Assembly: GCA_965224245.1 (NCBI GenBank)
Contig: OZ245046.1
Coordinates: 1,728,001-1,792,000 of the forward strand
From: Candidatus Eiseniibacteriota bacterium
GTDB lineage: Bacteria > Eisenbacteria > RBG-16-71-46 > CAZAMP01
Direction of reading: 5' to 3'
Length of the DNA: 64,000 nucleotides
Below the pieces are notes generated by a model. That model did not search any database. It worked only from the letters and a program-made list of their open reading frames with translations, and was not told the DNA's origin. This document shows, piece by piece, positions 37,224 through 47,561 of this stretch (its first letter is position 1; each line of letters begins with the position of its first letter). A program made the position numbers and the translations under genes.

Positions 37224-37838
37224 ATGGAAGCCGGACATCTGCTCGAGGGACTGATCATCGGATTCTCGATCGCGGCCCCCATGGGCCCGATCGGCTTGCT
37301 GTGCATCCGACGCACGCTGAGCAATGGCCGGGTGGCGGGCATGGCCTCGGGCCTGGGGGCGGCATCAGCCGACGCCGTCTTCGGCTGTATCGCGGGCTTC
37401 GGCTTGACCGTGGTCTCGGCCGTGCTGATCGATCAGCAGGCCTGGCTGAAGTGCGCAGGGGGATCGTACCTGTGCTACCTGGGTCTCAGGACGTTCCGCG
37501 CCCGACCCACCACCCGATCGGCGGCGGTGCGGGGACGCGGACTCCCGGGAGCGTTTGCCTCCACTTTTCTCCTCACCCTGACGAACCCGGTCACGATCCT
37601 GTCGTTCCTCGGGATCTTCTCCGCACTCGCCCCGGGAACGACCGGCGACGCTCGAGGATCGGCCGCGGTTCTCGTGGCTGGGGTGTTCATCGGCTCCGCG
37701 CTCTGGTGGCTCCTCCTGAGCGTCTCGGTGGGTAGCCTCCGCCCACGGCTCGACGACTCGCGCATGACGTGGATCAACCGTTTCTCGGGACTGGTGCTCG
37801 GAGGGTTCGGCCTGACGGCGATCGCGAGCCTGGTGTGA
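37224..37838 (+). CDS. LysE-family amino-acid exporter
   Basis: GFSIAAPMGPIGLLCIRRTL, GLGAASAD, FLLTLTNP.TI, GVFIGSALWW. Confidence 0.92.
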   Translation: MEAGHLLEGLIIGFSIAAPMGPIGLLCIRRTLSNGRVAGMASGLGAASADAVFGCIAGFGLTVVSAVLIDQQAWLKCAGGSYLCYLGLRTFRARPTTRSAAVRGRGLPGAFASTFLLTLTNPVTILSFLGIFSALAPGTTGDARGSAAVLVAGVFIGSALWWLLLSVSVGSLRPRLDDSRMTWINRFSGLVLGGFGLTAIASLV

Positions 37839-38069
37839 GGGAGCCAATCAACCGAACCGGAGGGTGTGCCTTCAGCACGTTCCCACGGCGATGGCGATGT
37901 CCGGGTGAAGCTTTCGGAGCCGCCGAGCTGCACCGGCGCAGCGCGGAGGAGAGTAGCGAGGGCGGGGTTCGTGATGATCGCCAACCGCCCACCCCGCACC
38001 CGCTGAACACGCCACGACCGCGTCACGCCGGCACTTCCGGACGTGCGTCTACTGGTTGGAGAAGGTCAC

Positions 38070-38225
38070 GGACGAGCAATACGGAGGAGGCAGCCGGCCG
38101 GGCGGATCATCGCCGCCGGGATGACCCGAGAGGTGGCGTTCGAACCCGTCGAGGGGCCCATCCACGACCGCATCGACGACGCGTACCGCGCGAAGTACGA
38201 TGGCAGTCCCCACCTGGCCCAGAAC
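38070..38225 (+). pseudogene. DUF2255-like protein C-terminal fragment
   Basis: AGRIIAAGMTREVAFEPVEGPIHDRIDDAYRAKYDGSPHL resembles the DUF2255 'IDxAYRxKY' segment; N-terminus missing. Confidence 0.55.
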
Positions 38226-38449
38226 CTACCCCCATTTGACCCCCGAACTCCCTGCGTGAGAGCATTGCGGCTCATCGTCGCGTGGCTCGAGAACCCTCCG
38301 ATCCCTGGGGGGCCTCGCTGGTGTGGAGCCCGAGCCCGGTGACCTGCCAGCGATCCCGGTCGTCGCCGGATCGCGCACGCGTTCTCGTGCGTGTGCTCTT
38401 GCGGATTGGTCCATTGATTCCGCTCAACGGCTGGTCGGCGAGGCTCTCG

Positions 38450-39031
38450 ATGAATACCTCCTCCGAGATCACTCAGATCCTGATCCGGCTTCGAGAGAGC
38501 GATACGGATTCGCGCGCGGTGGCCGATCGCGTGTTCGAGGTCGCCTACGCCGAGCTCCGGCGTCTCGCCGCCCACATGATGATGCGCGGTGAACGACCCG
38601 ATCACACGCTTCGGCCGACCGCGCTCGTACACGAAGCCTACGTCCGCCTCGCGGACACGTCGCGACTCGACTGGCAGAGCCGGGCGCACTTCTTCAGGAT
38701 CGCCGCTCGTGCAATGCGGGAGATCCTCGTCGATCATGCCCGTCGACGCCTCGCGGCGAAGCGTGAAGGACGCTGGCAGAGGGTCTCTCTCGATCCGGCG
38801 CTGGCACTGAGCGCCGCCTCCGAGGTCGACGTGCTTCGCCTCGAGGAGATTCTCACCGAGCTCACCACGATGGACGACCGGATGTCCAGGATCGTCGAGC
38901 TGCGCGTATTCGGTGGGATGAAGGTGGATGAGGTAGCCCACGTGCTCGGCGTGTCTCCGCGGACGATCAACGACGAGTGGAACGTGGCGAAGATGTGGGT
39001 CTCTCGCGCGATTGCCGAGAGCGGGTCATGA
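38450..39031 (+). CDS. ECF sigma factor, ECF43/TIGR02999-like
   Basis: ITQIL, YAELRRLA, HTLRPTALVHEAY, WQSRAHFF..AARAMR.ILVDHAR, VELRVFGG, SPRT..EW..AK.W. Confidence 0.92.
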   Translation: MNTSSEITQILIRLRESDTDSRAVADRVFEVAYAELRRLAAHMMMRGERPDHTLRPTALVHEAYVRLADTSRLDWQSRAHFFRIAARAMREILVDHARRRLAAKREGRWQRVSLDPALALSAASEVDVLRLEEILTELTTMDDRMSRIVELRVFGGMKVDEVAHVLGVSPRTINDEWNVAKMWVSRAIAESGS

Positions 39032-39123
39032 GAGCGGAGCGTTTCGCGCGCGTGAAGGAAGTGCTCATCCGGGCGAGGAACATGGCCGATGACGCACGAA
39101 GCGCGGGTTCGAGATGTCGATGA
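39028..39123 (+). pseudogene. N-terminal stub of the cognate Ser/Thr kinase
   Basis: ATGA overlap with the ECF stop; MRAERFARVKEVLIRARNMADDARSA resembles the starts of kinases 29689, 40746 and 63627; breaks at ~39105. Confidence 0.65.
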
Positions 39124-39454
39124 CCTGGAGCCCGGAGTATCCATCGGCGACGTAGGCGTAGGCGCCGGCCACCGCAGCGCCGACGGCGGAGTCCGGGGTG
39201 TCGACGCTCCCGACGATCGCGGGCACGGCCGGGTTCGAGATGTCGATGACCTGGAGCCCGGAGTATCCATCGGCGATGTAGGCGTAGGAGCCGGCCACCG
39301 CCACGTCCAGAGCGTGGCCCGGCGTGTCGCCGGCGCTCCCGACGAGATGGAGATAGTCCAGGTAATCGATGCAGCCCTCCCCCCGCGTCTCCGCGGGCAA
39401 GAGAATGGCCCCGATGAGCCAGAGTGCTGTGCCGGCTACGACCCGTGCGCCCAT
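39065..39454 (-). pseudogene. Truncated secreted LVIVD-repeat protein (two repeats only)
   Basis: Signal peptide, two DTP..A..VAG.YAY.ADGYSGLQVIDISNP repeats (46-bp identical blocks at 39105 and 39231), then an unrelated tail. Confidence 0.75.
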
Positions 39455-40164
39455 CGTCCGTCCGCCGGCAAGACCCGCCGGCGTTCTTTACCGCCGGACG
39501 ACGGTCGGGGAGGCATCCGGCGCGAGGAATCCCGACGGAGGCAGAAACGCAGAGCCTGACGGGTTCGGAGGGACATGTAACACCTCACCTGCTTCGGGGG
39601 TCATTGCCCCCGTGGTCGCCGTGGACGGCCGGAACGCCGGGGAACAGCCATCTCCGACGGTTCTCGAGATCCCGATCGGCATTCCAGGACCTGCACGTAC
39701 CCGCGCTCCGGTACTCCGACTACCTTTCGATCCACACAGGCGAGATTTTCGTGTGACCCACCCAGAAAGAAGCGGCGCTCCGCCGGATGCCGGAGCTGCG
39801 CCCGAGCGCGCGATCCCATCGAGGGTCGACGCCGGCTGCGGTTTCACGACGGTCTGCAGCTCTCGATGCCCGCGGACTCCCTCCGCGAGGAGTGAGATGA
39901 GCGCGCCAAATCGTTGTTGGACACGTCAATGCACCGCTCGCTCACCGTTCCTGATCCCGGGCGACAGCTCGCTACCCGGACGCCCCCGGCACGCCGGCCC
40001 GGAGACGCGAACCGGCAGCCAGCGCGGACACCATCGCACCTCGTTGCCGACCCCCGTCATTCCCTGAACAGGAAGAGCGTCCAACGGTCGACTCACATCG
40101 CGTAATATACTCTCATCCAGTTACTTGCCCGTCGCATCGTCGGGCGTGCCCGAAGGAGCTGGGA

Positions 40165-40749
40165 TTGCCCACCGAGCCGGAGAGCCGTCGGGTCGAAGCG
40201 ACCGTTCTTCTCGAACGAATCCGATCCGGAGATCGCGATGCCGCGGACGAGCTTCTACCGCTGGTCTACGACGAGCTGCGCCGGATCGCCGCCAGCTACT
40301 TCCGAGCTCAGCCGCACTATCACACGCTGCAGCCGACCGCGCTCGTGCATGAGGCGTTCCTGAAGCTCGTGAACGTCCCGGGCTCCGACTGGGAGAGCGT
40401 CAATCACTTCAAGGCCGTGGCCGCGCGGGCCATGCGGCAGATCCTCACCGATCACGCTCGCGCCAAGGCCACCGCCAAACGGGGTGGTGACGTCGAGCAC
40501 GTTCCCGTGGACGGTATCGATACGCCGGCAGGCACGAACACGCTGGACCTGGTCACCCTCGATCGCGCACTGACGACGCTGGGTGAGCTCGATCCACGTC
40601 AGCTCCGGATCATCGAGCTATGGTTCTTCGCCGGCCTCACGATGGACGAGGTGGCGAAGCTGATCGACGTCTCCGAGCGTACGGTCCGGCGAGAGTGGCG
40701 ACACGCCCGCGCATGGCTCAACAACCAGCTCTCCGTGAACTCTCTATGA
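40165..40749 (+). CDS. ECF sigma factor, ECF43/TIGR02999-like
   Basis: AAGGAG + TTG start; LLPLVYDELRRIA, HTLQPTALVHEAF, SERTVRREW..ARAWL; ATGA-coupled to a kinase. Confidence 0.92.
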   Translation: MPTEPESRRVEATVLLERIRSGDRDAADELLPLVYDELRRIAASYFRAQPHYHTLQPTALVHEAFLKLVNVPGSDWESVNHFKAVAARAMRQILTDHARAKATAKRGGDVEHVPVDGIDTPAGTNTLDLVTLDRALTTLGELDPRQLRIIELWFFAGLTMDEVAKLIDVSERTVRREWRHARAWLNNQLSVNSL

Positions 40750-43409
40750 ACGAACGGGAGCGTTTCCAGCGGCTCAAGCGCATCTTCGACGAGGCCTGCG
40801 AGCTGCCGGCTCACGATCGCGCCGCCTACCTCGACAGCGCCTGCGGCGGTGACGTCGAGCTCCGGGAAGAGGTGGCCGCGCTGCTCGCCGCCGAAGGGGA
40901 CCCGGACGCCGCGCTGGGCGTTTCCCATCGGGGCGCCGGTCCCGAGATCCTCGCCGAGGAGCTGTCCTCCACCGCGTTCGACGCCGAGGCCCTCCCCGCC
41001 CGGATCGGTGACCACGAGATCCTGCGCGAGATCGGTCGCGGCGGCATGGGGGTGGTGTACGAGGCGCAGCAGGCGCATCCGCGGCGTCGTGTGGCTTTGA
41101 AGGTCATCCGTGGCACGTACGTGACCCCGGAGCTCGTGAAGCGCTTCCGTCACGAAGCACAGCTCCTCGGCCAGCTCGATCACTCGGGCATCGCCCACGT
41201 CTACGAAGCCGGCTCGGCAATGGTCGGAGACACACGACGGCCATACCTCGTGATGGAGCTCGTCGACGGACAGCCCCTCGACGAGCACGTGCGTGCCGAG
41301 AGAGTCGACGTCCGCCAGATCCTCGAGCTCATGGCGATGGTGTGTGACGCCGTTCAGCACGCGCACCAGCGGGGCATCATTCATCGTGACCTCAAGCCCC
41401 CCAACGTCCTCGTCAAGCGCAACCCCGACCTGCGGGGAGACGACCCATCCGTGATCGACGCACCCGTACAGCCGAAGGTGCTCGACTTCGGCGTGGCCCG
41501 GGCGACCGATGCCGATCTCGCGGTGACCACGGTCAACACCCGCGCCGGCCAGGTCGTGGGCACGCTGTCGTACATGAGCCCCGAGCAGGTGGCCGGGCAG
41601 ACCGACGTCGACACGCGCTGTGACGTGTACGCGCTGGGCGTCATCCTGTACGAGCTGCTCGCCGGTGAGCGACCCTTCGACCTCGCCCGAACGCCGATGG
41701 CGGAGGCGGCTCGTGTCATCGCCGAGGAGGATCCCACCAGCCTGGGCACCCGGGTTCCCGATCTCGATCACGACGTGGTCACGATCGTGTCGAAGGCGAT
41801 GGACAAGGATCGGGAGCGCCGGTACCGATCCGCCGCCGAGCTCGCGGACGATCTTCGCCGGTATCTGCGCAGCGAGCCCATCTCCGCACGTCCCCCCAGC
41901 GCGACCTATCTGTTGCGGCGCTTCGCCCGTCGGAACCGCGCCATCGTGGTCGGGACCCTGGCCACGATCACGGTCCTCGTGGCCGGTCTGATCGCATCGA
42001 CCGCGGGCTTCATCTCCGCCCGCACGGAGCGCGATGCCAAGACGTCCGCCCTGGAGACCTCCGACGCCGTGATCGACTTCCTGAGCGACATGCTCACGGC
42101 GGCTCGGCCGGAGGCTCGAGGTCGCGACGTCACCGTGGTGGACCTCCTGGGACAGGCATCGGGTGACCTCGGCGATCGCTTCGAGAACCGTCCGGGCGTG
42201 GCGGGGAAGCTACGCAGCGTCATCGGCGGGACCTATGTGGCGCTCGGCGAATACCAGGCCGCGGACAGCCATGCCGTCGCCGCGGTCGAGCTCCTGCGGG
42301 TGTCGTCACCCGGGCCCGACCCCGAGCTGGCCGACGCCCTCGTCGTGCTCGGCACGGTGAAGTACTTCCTCGGCGATCCCGAGGCCGCCCTGGCAGCGGC
42401 CACCGAAGCCGCGGAGATGTTCGGCGCGCTCGATCCACCGGATGAGGAGAGGGCGCTGAACGCGGAGGCCGATGCCGCGTTCATGACCATGGCCCTGGGA
42501 CGACTGGACGAGGCGCGCGAACGCTTCGTGAAGGTGTCGTCCGCCGCCCGGCGCCTCGGCGGCCCGGACGGCGAGGCATCGATGACCATCGATGGCAACC
42601 TCGCCATGCTCGACGGCCGCCGCCGGGACTACGCGGCGTCGGAGGAGCGCTTCCTCGACGTGATCGAGCGGTCGCGGCGCGTACGCGGCGCGGACCACCC
42701 GTCGACCACGCAGCTCGTGGCGAACTACGCGTCGGTTCTCGTCAACGAGGGACGGCCGGCTGAAGCCATTCCCTACCTCAGGGAAACCCTGGCCGCCCAG
42801 GAGAAAGCCCTGGGCGAGGGTCACTCGAAGACGCTCATCACCCTGGGCAATCTCGCGCAGGCCCTGACGAGTACCGGATCGTTCGAGGAGGCGGAAGCGC
42901 TGGCACGGGAAGACCTGCGGCGAGCCATCCAGGCGTACGGAGATCGATCGCGCAGCGTGTTCTTTGCGCGGCACTCGCTGGCCTGGATCGTGGGGCAGTC
43001 CGGGGACACGGAGCGGTCGATCCCGATCTTCGCGGAGAACCTCGCCCTCTCACGGGATCTGCTCACGTTCGACGACAACGGCGCACGTAGCGCCTGGACG
43101 GCCCTGATCGGAGCGCTCCTGGAGGCGGGCGCCTATGCGGCCTGCTTGGATACGACCCGCTCGTTCATCGGACTCGCCGCACGGAACGGGGTCACTGATG
43201 GCAGACACCTCATGCTCGCGCACAGGACCGCGGCACAGGCGTTGGTGGCCCTGAAGCGGTACGACGACGCCGAACGCGAGCTCGACCTGGCCCTGGCCGG
43301 CGCCGACTCCACCGATCGCCACGAGCTGGCCGAGGCATTCGTCGAGCTCTACGAGGCGACTGGACGGGAAGACGCCGCTCGCGAGTGGCGGCGTCACCTG
43401 GACCCCTGA
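40746..43409 (+). CDS. Membrane Ser/Thr kinase with TPR repeats, cognate of upstream ECF
   Basis: MNERERFQRLKRIFDEAC; GRGGMGVVY, HRDLKPPN, LDFGVAR, YMSPEQ; TM; TPR. Confidence 0.93.
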   Translation: MNERERFQRLKRIFDEACELPAHDRAAYLDSACGGDVELREEVAALLAAEGDPDAALGVSHRGAGPEILAEELSSTAFDAEALPARIGDHEILREIGRGGMGVVYEAQQAHPRRRVALKVIRGTYVTPELVKRFRHEAQLLGQLDHSGIAHVYEAGSAMVGDTRRPYLVMELVDGQPLDEHVRAERVDVRQILELMAMVCDAVQHAHQRGIIHRDLKPPNVLVKRNPDLRGDDPSVIDAPVQPKVLDFGVARATDADLAVTTVNTRAGQVVGTLSYMSPEQVAGQTDVDTRCDVYALGVILYELLAGERPFDLARTPMAEAARVIAEEDPTSLGTRVPDLDHDVVTIVSKAMDKDRERRYRSAAELADDLRRYLRSEPISARPPSATYLLRRFARRNRAIVVGTLATITVLVAGLIASTAGFISARTERDAKTSALETSDAVIDFLSDMLTAARPEARGRDVTVVDLLGQASGDLGDRFENRPGVAGKLRSVIGGTYVALGEYQAADSHAVAAVELLRVSSPGPDPELADALVVLGTVKYFLGDPEAALAAATEAAEMFGALDPPDEERALNAEADAAFMTMALGRLDEARERFVKVSSAARRLGGPDGEASMTIDGNLAMLDGRRRDYAASEERFLDVIERSRRVRGADHPSTTQLVANYASVLVNEGRPAEAIPYLRETLAAQEKALGEGHSKTLITLGNLAQALTSTGSFEEAEALAREDLRRAIQAYGDRSRSVFFARHSLAWIVGQSGDTERSIPIFAENLALSRDLLTFDDNGARSAWTALIGALLEAGAYAACLDTTRSFIGLAARNGVTDGRHLMLAHRTAAQALVALKRYDDAERELDLALAGADSTDRHELAEAFVELYEATGREDAAREWRRHLDP

Positions 43410-43790
43410 GCCGTACTGCAAGCCGCAGCAGAGCGTTAGGACCCCATCGCGCCAGCCGGCGTCCCTCCGGGGCCGCCCGTCCCGAGTCCGCCGCGGCTTC
43501 CGAATCCGGATCCGAGTCGAGCTGGCCGGCGCCAATCGCTCGCTCCGGAGAAGAAAGTTCGCCTCACCGTGTCCTAGTCGGCACGTCGATCCCGTGGATC
43601 GGGTGAGTGCGCGCGGCGCCACGGTGTCGCGCGAGGACACGAGATCCCATGGATTCATCACCCTCGCTCATGCCTCGCCGGTCGTCTGTGCTCGGCCCCA
43701 ATCACAGGGCACGTGGGGTCAGTCACGGCCCGGAGACACCTGAAACGGCGGACGGTCCCCTCCGGCATCGCCCAAATACGGAGAAGACGA

Positions 43791-46700
43791 ATGAGACACA
43801 CTCGACGCACGTTCTCGGCTCTGCTCCTCGCTCACCTCGCGCTGCCCTGCATCGCGGGAGCCGGAAGCTTCACCGAGGACTTCACGACCACGACCTACCG
43901 GGACCCGGTCGCCACGACCGCGAACTGGGACACCACCGACGAGGAGCTCAGGCTCTTCCCCTTCAGCCTGAGCCTGACCGGCAGCGCGGACACGCCGGGC
44001 GTCGCCAACGATCAGTTCGTCTCGGGAGACCACGCGTACATCGCCGACGGCACCTCGGGTCTCCAGGTGATCGACATCTCCGATCCGGCCGCGCCGGTCC
44101 TCGTCGGCTCGTTCGATACCCCGGGAGACGCCGCCGGCATCTATGTCGACGGTGATCAGGCGTTCGTGGCGGACGGGCTCAGCGGTCTCCAGGTGATCGA
44201 CGTGAGTGACCCCACCTCCCCGGCCAGCCTCGGTAGCGCGAACACGCCGGGCTTCGCCTACAGCGTCTTCGTGAGCGGCGATCACGCCTATGTCGCGGAC
44301 AACACCGGCGGATTGCAGGTGGTGGACGTGAGCGATCCCGCGTCGCCGGCGATCGTGGGGTCGGTCGTTCCCTTCGGTGAAGCTCGGAAGGTGTTCGTCG
44401 ACGGGGACCACGCCTTCCTGGCCTACGACGCCGTGGGGCTCCGGGTGATCGACGTGTCCGAGCCGACCGCCCCGGCTCTCGCCGGCATCGTCGACACTCC
44501 CGGTCAAGCCCACAGCGTCGTGGTCGACGGCGATCATGCCTTCGTGGCCGACGGCGGCTCCGGCCTGCAGGTGATCGACGTCTCCGACCCCACCGCCCCT
44601 GCGATCGTCGGCACGGTCGACACGCCCGGGGTCGCCGAGGGCGTCTCGGTCTCAGGCAACCGTCTCTATCTGGCCGACCGCGCGGAGGGCGTCGTGATGA
44701 TCGACGTCACCGACCCCACCGCGCCGGTGATCCTGCAGACGATCGCGACGCCCGGCTTCGCCCGCGAGGTGATGGCCGACGGGGAGCACGCGTACGTGGC
44801 ACAGAACACGTCCGGTCTGGAGGTGATCCAGGTCGCCGCTCGCGTGGGCTCGCCGGCCCTGGCCGGTAGCGTCGCGACCTCGTCGTGCCATGCGGTGGCG
44901 GTCTCGGGCGATCATGCCATCGTGCGGGACCAGGGCGCCAACGGCCTTCACGTGATCGACATCAGCGATCCCGCGACTCCCACTCTCGTGGGGTTCTATG
45001 CCGGGGGGTTGAGCGATGGCGGTGGTGTCGCGGTCTCGGGCGACTACGTCTTCACGGCGGACTACGGGGCGGTCGGCCTTCACGTGGTCGACATCAGCGA
45101 TCCCACCAGCCCCACCCTCGCCGGATCCTATGGAGGCCTGTTCGAAGGTAGCAGCGTCACGGTCTCGGGCGCCCACGCCTTCGTGGCCGACGGCTCGGCC
45201 GGAATCAAGGTGATCGACATCAGCGATCCCACCAGCCCCACCCTCGTCGGCTCCCACGATACGCCCGGCTATGCGTCGAAAGTCGCGGTGGCGGGCGATT
45301 TCGCCCTCGTCGCGGACAACAGCTCCGGCCTCCGGGTTCTCGACATCAGCGATCCCACCAATCCCTCGCCCGCCGGCTCCTACAGCACGCCCAGCCCCAC
45401 CTATGGCGTCGCGGTGTCAGGGGATCTCGCCGTCGTTGCGATCGGGAACGCCGGCCTGCAGGTGATCGACATCAGCGATCCGACCAACCCCTCGTTCGTC
45501 GGCTCCTACAACACGCCCCACTTCGCCTACGGCGTCTCGCTGGCGGGCAATCTCGCCCTCGTGGCCGACGGCGGCTCGGGTCTGCAGGTGATGGACATCA
45601 CCGATCCCGCCAATCCCTCGCTCGTGGGTTCCTACGATACGCCCGGTCAGTCGCGTGACGTGGCGATCGCGGGCGACCACGCCTTCGTGAGCGATGGAAG
45701 CAGTCTTCAGGTGATCGCCGTGCTCCAGACCGAGGTGGACCCGGTTCGCAACGTCGGTCAGTCGCTCGCCGTCGATGGGGGGACCGAGATCATTCCGCGC
45801 GCCCGGGTCACGAGCACGGAGACCGCCGGGATCTCGTGGGAGCTGAGTGCGGATGCGGGCGCGAACTGGCAGACGCTCGACGCGGACGGCTCATGGGCGG
45901 GGCTGACTCCGGGTGAGGATCTTCTCTGGCGTACCACACATGCATGGGCCTCTCCCGGGGTGAATCCGGCGGTGTCGGACCTGACCATCGACTGGCTGAA
46001 CGAGTTCGCTCCGATCATGTCGATCACCGACATCCCCGATGATCAGGGCGGTCGGGTGTCGCTCACGTTCGACCGATCCGGCTACGACTTCCTCGACGAG
46101 ACGGTCCATCCCATCGTCGGGTACGCGATCTATCGACGTGTCGATGATCCGCCCCTCGCGCGGCAGGCGCTCGAGAGCGGAGTCGTCCCCGAGGCGGAGC
46201 CGGTCGATGGGCCACCGCTCGCCGCGTATGGACTCGAACACATCCGGGTCATCGGGGACCGCGTGTTCGTCGAGGGCGATCGCGCACGCCGGGGAAGCGG
46301 CTTTCCCCCCGGCGTCTGGGAGGGCGTGGGCTGGGTACTGCCGACTCAGAGCGACGCCTACGTGGCCAACGTCCACACGCTGTCGGACTCGACGGCCTCT
46401 GGCACGGCCTGGTCCGTGTACTTCACCGCGACCCACACGTCGACGCCGTCGATCTGGTTCGCGAGTGCGCCCGACAGCGGCTACTCCGTCGACAACATCC
46501 CGCCCAGCGTGCCGACGGGCCTCGCCCGGATGGGTGACGATCTCTCGTGGGACCCGGCTCCGGAGCCCGACTTCGAGTACCACACCGTCTACGGGTCCGA
46601 CGTCGCGGAGCTCGATCCGACGGCCACGCTCATCGGGTACACCGTCGATTCGACGTACGACGTGAGCAGCTCCCCCTTCGCCTACTACCACGTGACCACC

Positions 46701-47060
46701 TCGGACCGCGCCGGCAACGAGAGCGACGCCGCCAGCATCGAGGGTCCTCTGGTCTCGGTCACGCCCGGCGACGTTCCGCCGAGCGCGTTCGCGCTGCAAC
46801 CGGCCCATCCGAACCCGATGCGCTCGGGAACGACGCTGAGGTTCGATCTTCCGGAGCCGGGGTACGCCGCGCTGCAGATCGTCGACGTCGCGGGACGACG
46901 CGTGCGGACGCTCTCCGCCGGCCATCACCCGGCGGGTCGATACACGCTGTCCTGGGATGGACGCGACGACAGGAACGCGCCGGTGGTATCGGGTGTCTAC
47001 TTCGCGCGGCTGGAGGCGCCGTCGTCGAAGGCGGTGCAGCGGCTTCTCGTGATCCGGTAA
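43791..47060 (+). CDS. Secreted LVIVD-repeat beta-propeller protein with FlgD-like C-terminal domain
   Basis: Signal peptide; about 14 repeats DTPG.A..V.V.GD.A.VAD..SGLQVID.SDP; DIPDDQGG module; PNP..VDVAGRRVRTL..WDGRDD....SGVYFARL. Confidence 0.92.
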   Translation: MRHTRRTFSALLLAHLALPCIAGAGSFTEDFTTTTYRDPVATTANWDTTDEELRLFPFSLSLTGSADTPGVANDQFVSGDHAYIADGTSGLQVIDISDPAAPVLVGSFDTPGDAAGIYVDGDQAFVADGLSGLQVIDVSDPTSPASLGSANTPGFAYSVFVSGDHAYVADNTGGLQVVDVSDPASPAIVGSVVPFGEARKVFVDGDHAFLAYDAVGLRVIDVSEPTAPALAGIVDTPGQAHSVVVDGDHAFVADGGSGLQVIDVSDPTAPAIVGTVDTPGVAEGVSVSGNRLYLADRAEGVVMIDVTDPTAPVILQTIATPGFAREVMADGEHAYVAQNTSGLEVIQVAARVGSPALAGSVATSSCHAVAVSGDHAIVRDQGANGLHVIDISDPATPTLVGFYAGGLSDGGGVAVSGDYVFTADYGAVGLHVVDISDPTSPTLAGSYGGLFEGSSVTVSGAHAFVADGSAGIKVIDISDPTSPTLVGSHDTPGYASKVAVAGDFALVADNSSGLRVLDISDPTNPSPAGSYSTPSPTYGVAVSGDLAVVAIGNAGLQVIDISDPTNPSFVGSYNTPHFAYGVSLAGNLALVADGGSGLQVMDITDPANPSLVGSYDTPGQSRDVAIAGDHAFVSDGSSLQVIAVLQTEVDPVRNVGQSLAVDGGTEIIPRARVTSTETAGISWELSADAGANWQTLDADGSWAGLTPGEDLLWRTTHAWASPGVNPAVSDLTIDWLNEFAPIMSITDIPDDQGGRVSLTFDRSGYDFLDETVHPIVGYAIYRRVDDPPLARQALESGVVPEAEPVDGPPLAAYGLEHIRVIGDRVFVEGDRARRGSGFPPGVWEGVGWVLPTQSDAYVANVHTLSDSTASGTAWSVYFTATHTSTPSIWFASAPDSGYSVDNIPPSVPTGLARMGDDLSWDPAPEPDFEYHTVYGSDVAELDPTATLIGYTVDSTYDVSSSPFAYYHVTTSDRAGNESDAASIEGPLVSVTPGDVPPSAFALQPAHPNPMRSGTTLRFDLPEPGYAALQIVDVAGRRVRTLSAGHHPAGRYTLSWDGRDDRNAPVVSGVYFARLEAPSSKAVQRLLVIR

Positions 47061-47067
47061 TGTCCGC

Positions 47068-47106
47068 GCCGTGATCGCCTCCCGGGCTCCGGGAGGCCAT
47101 CGCGGC
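47068..47106. terminator. Strong hairpin between convergent genes
   Basis: gccgtgat-c-gcctcccgg-gct-ccgggaggc-c-atcgcggc; no U-tract. Confidence 0.4.
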
Positions 47107-47561
47107 CCGCGACTCCGCTGGGTCGGTCTGGCCGCCGTTCCACGACGGTCATGTATTCGCGGCGGGATCGCGGTCGCACCATCAGTCGCGCCAGCCTCGC
47201 GCGGAGCCAGCGGCGACGCGTACTCACCCGAGACGAGCACGACATCATGCACCCGGGTGCAACAACCGGCCTCACCTCGCGGTGAAACGCCGGGTGCCGG
47301 TCGAGCTCGGGGGCCGGAGACAACCGCACACACTCGAGGCATCAGGTGGTGAGGAGTTCCGTGAGGCCACTCCCGGCCGGGACGACGCGCTGTCCCCGCC
47401 AGGCAGGTTTGCCGGAGTGGCTCGATCGGACACCGCGCCCGGCACTTGATCGCTGGCCACCTCTCGAGGACGGCCACAAGCGCGCCGCTGAGCCGCGGTA
47501 CTCGATAACGGCTTCAACGGCATCGAGGTCGCGAACGCCAGAGCGCTCGCCCTGCGCGCGA

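Noticed and set aside
39505-39575. ACGCAGAGCC segment resembling a riboswitch core
   Set aside because: The surrounding conserved stems are not identifiable by eye.
43960-45720. Regular ~126-bp repeats (also 39105-39276 and the FG-GAP repeats) as a possible CRISPR or DGR array
   Set aside because: They are in-frame protein repeats with synonymous variation; no cas or reverse transcriptase genes.
47367-47420. Minus-strand GGCAAACC..GGGAC hairpin resembling a c-di-GMP-I riboswitch
   Set aside because: Lacks the GNRA loop and GCAAAG core, and lies downstream of convergent genes; a cmsearch against RF01051 would settle it.
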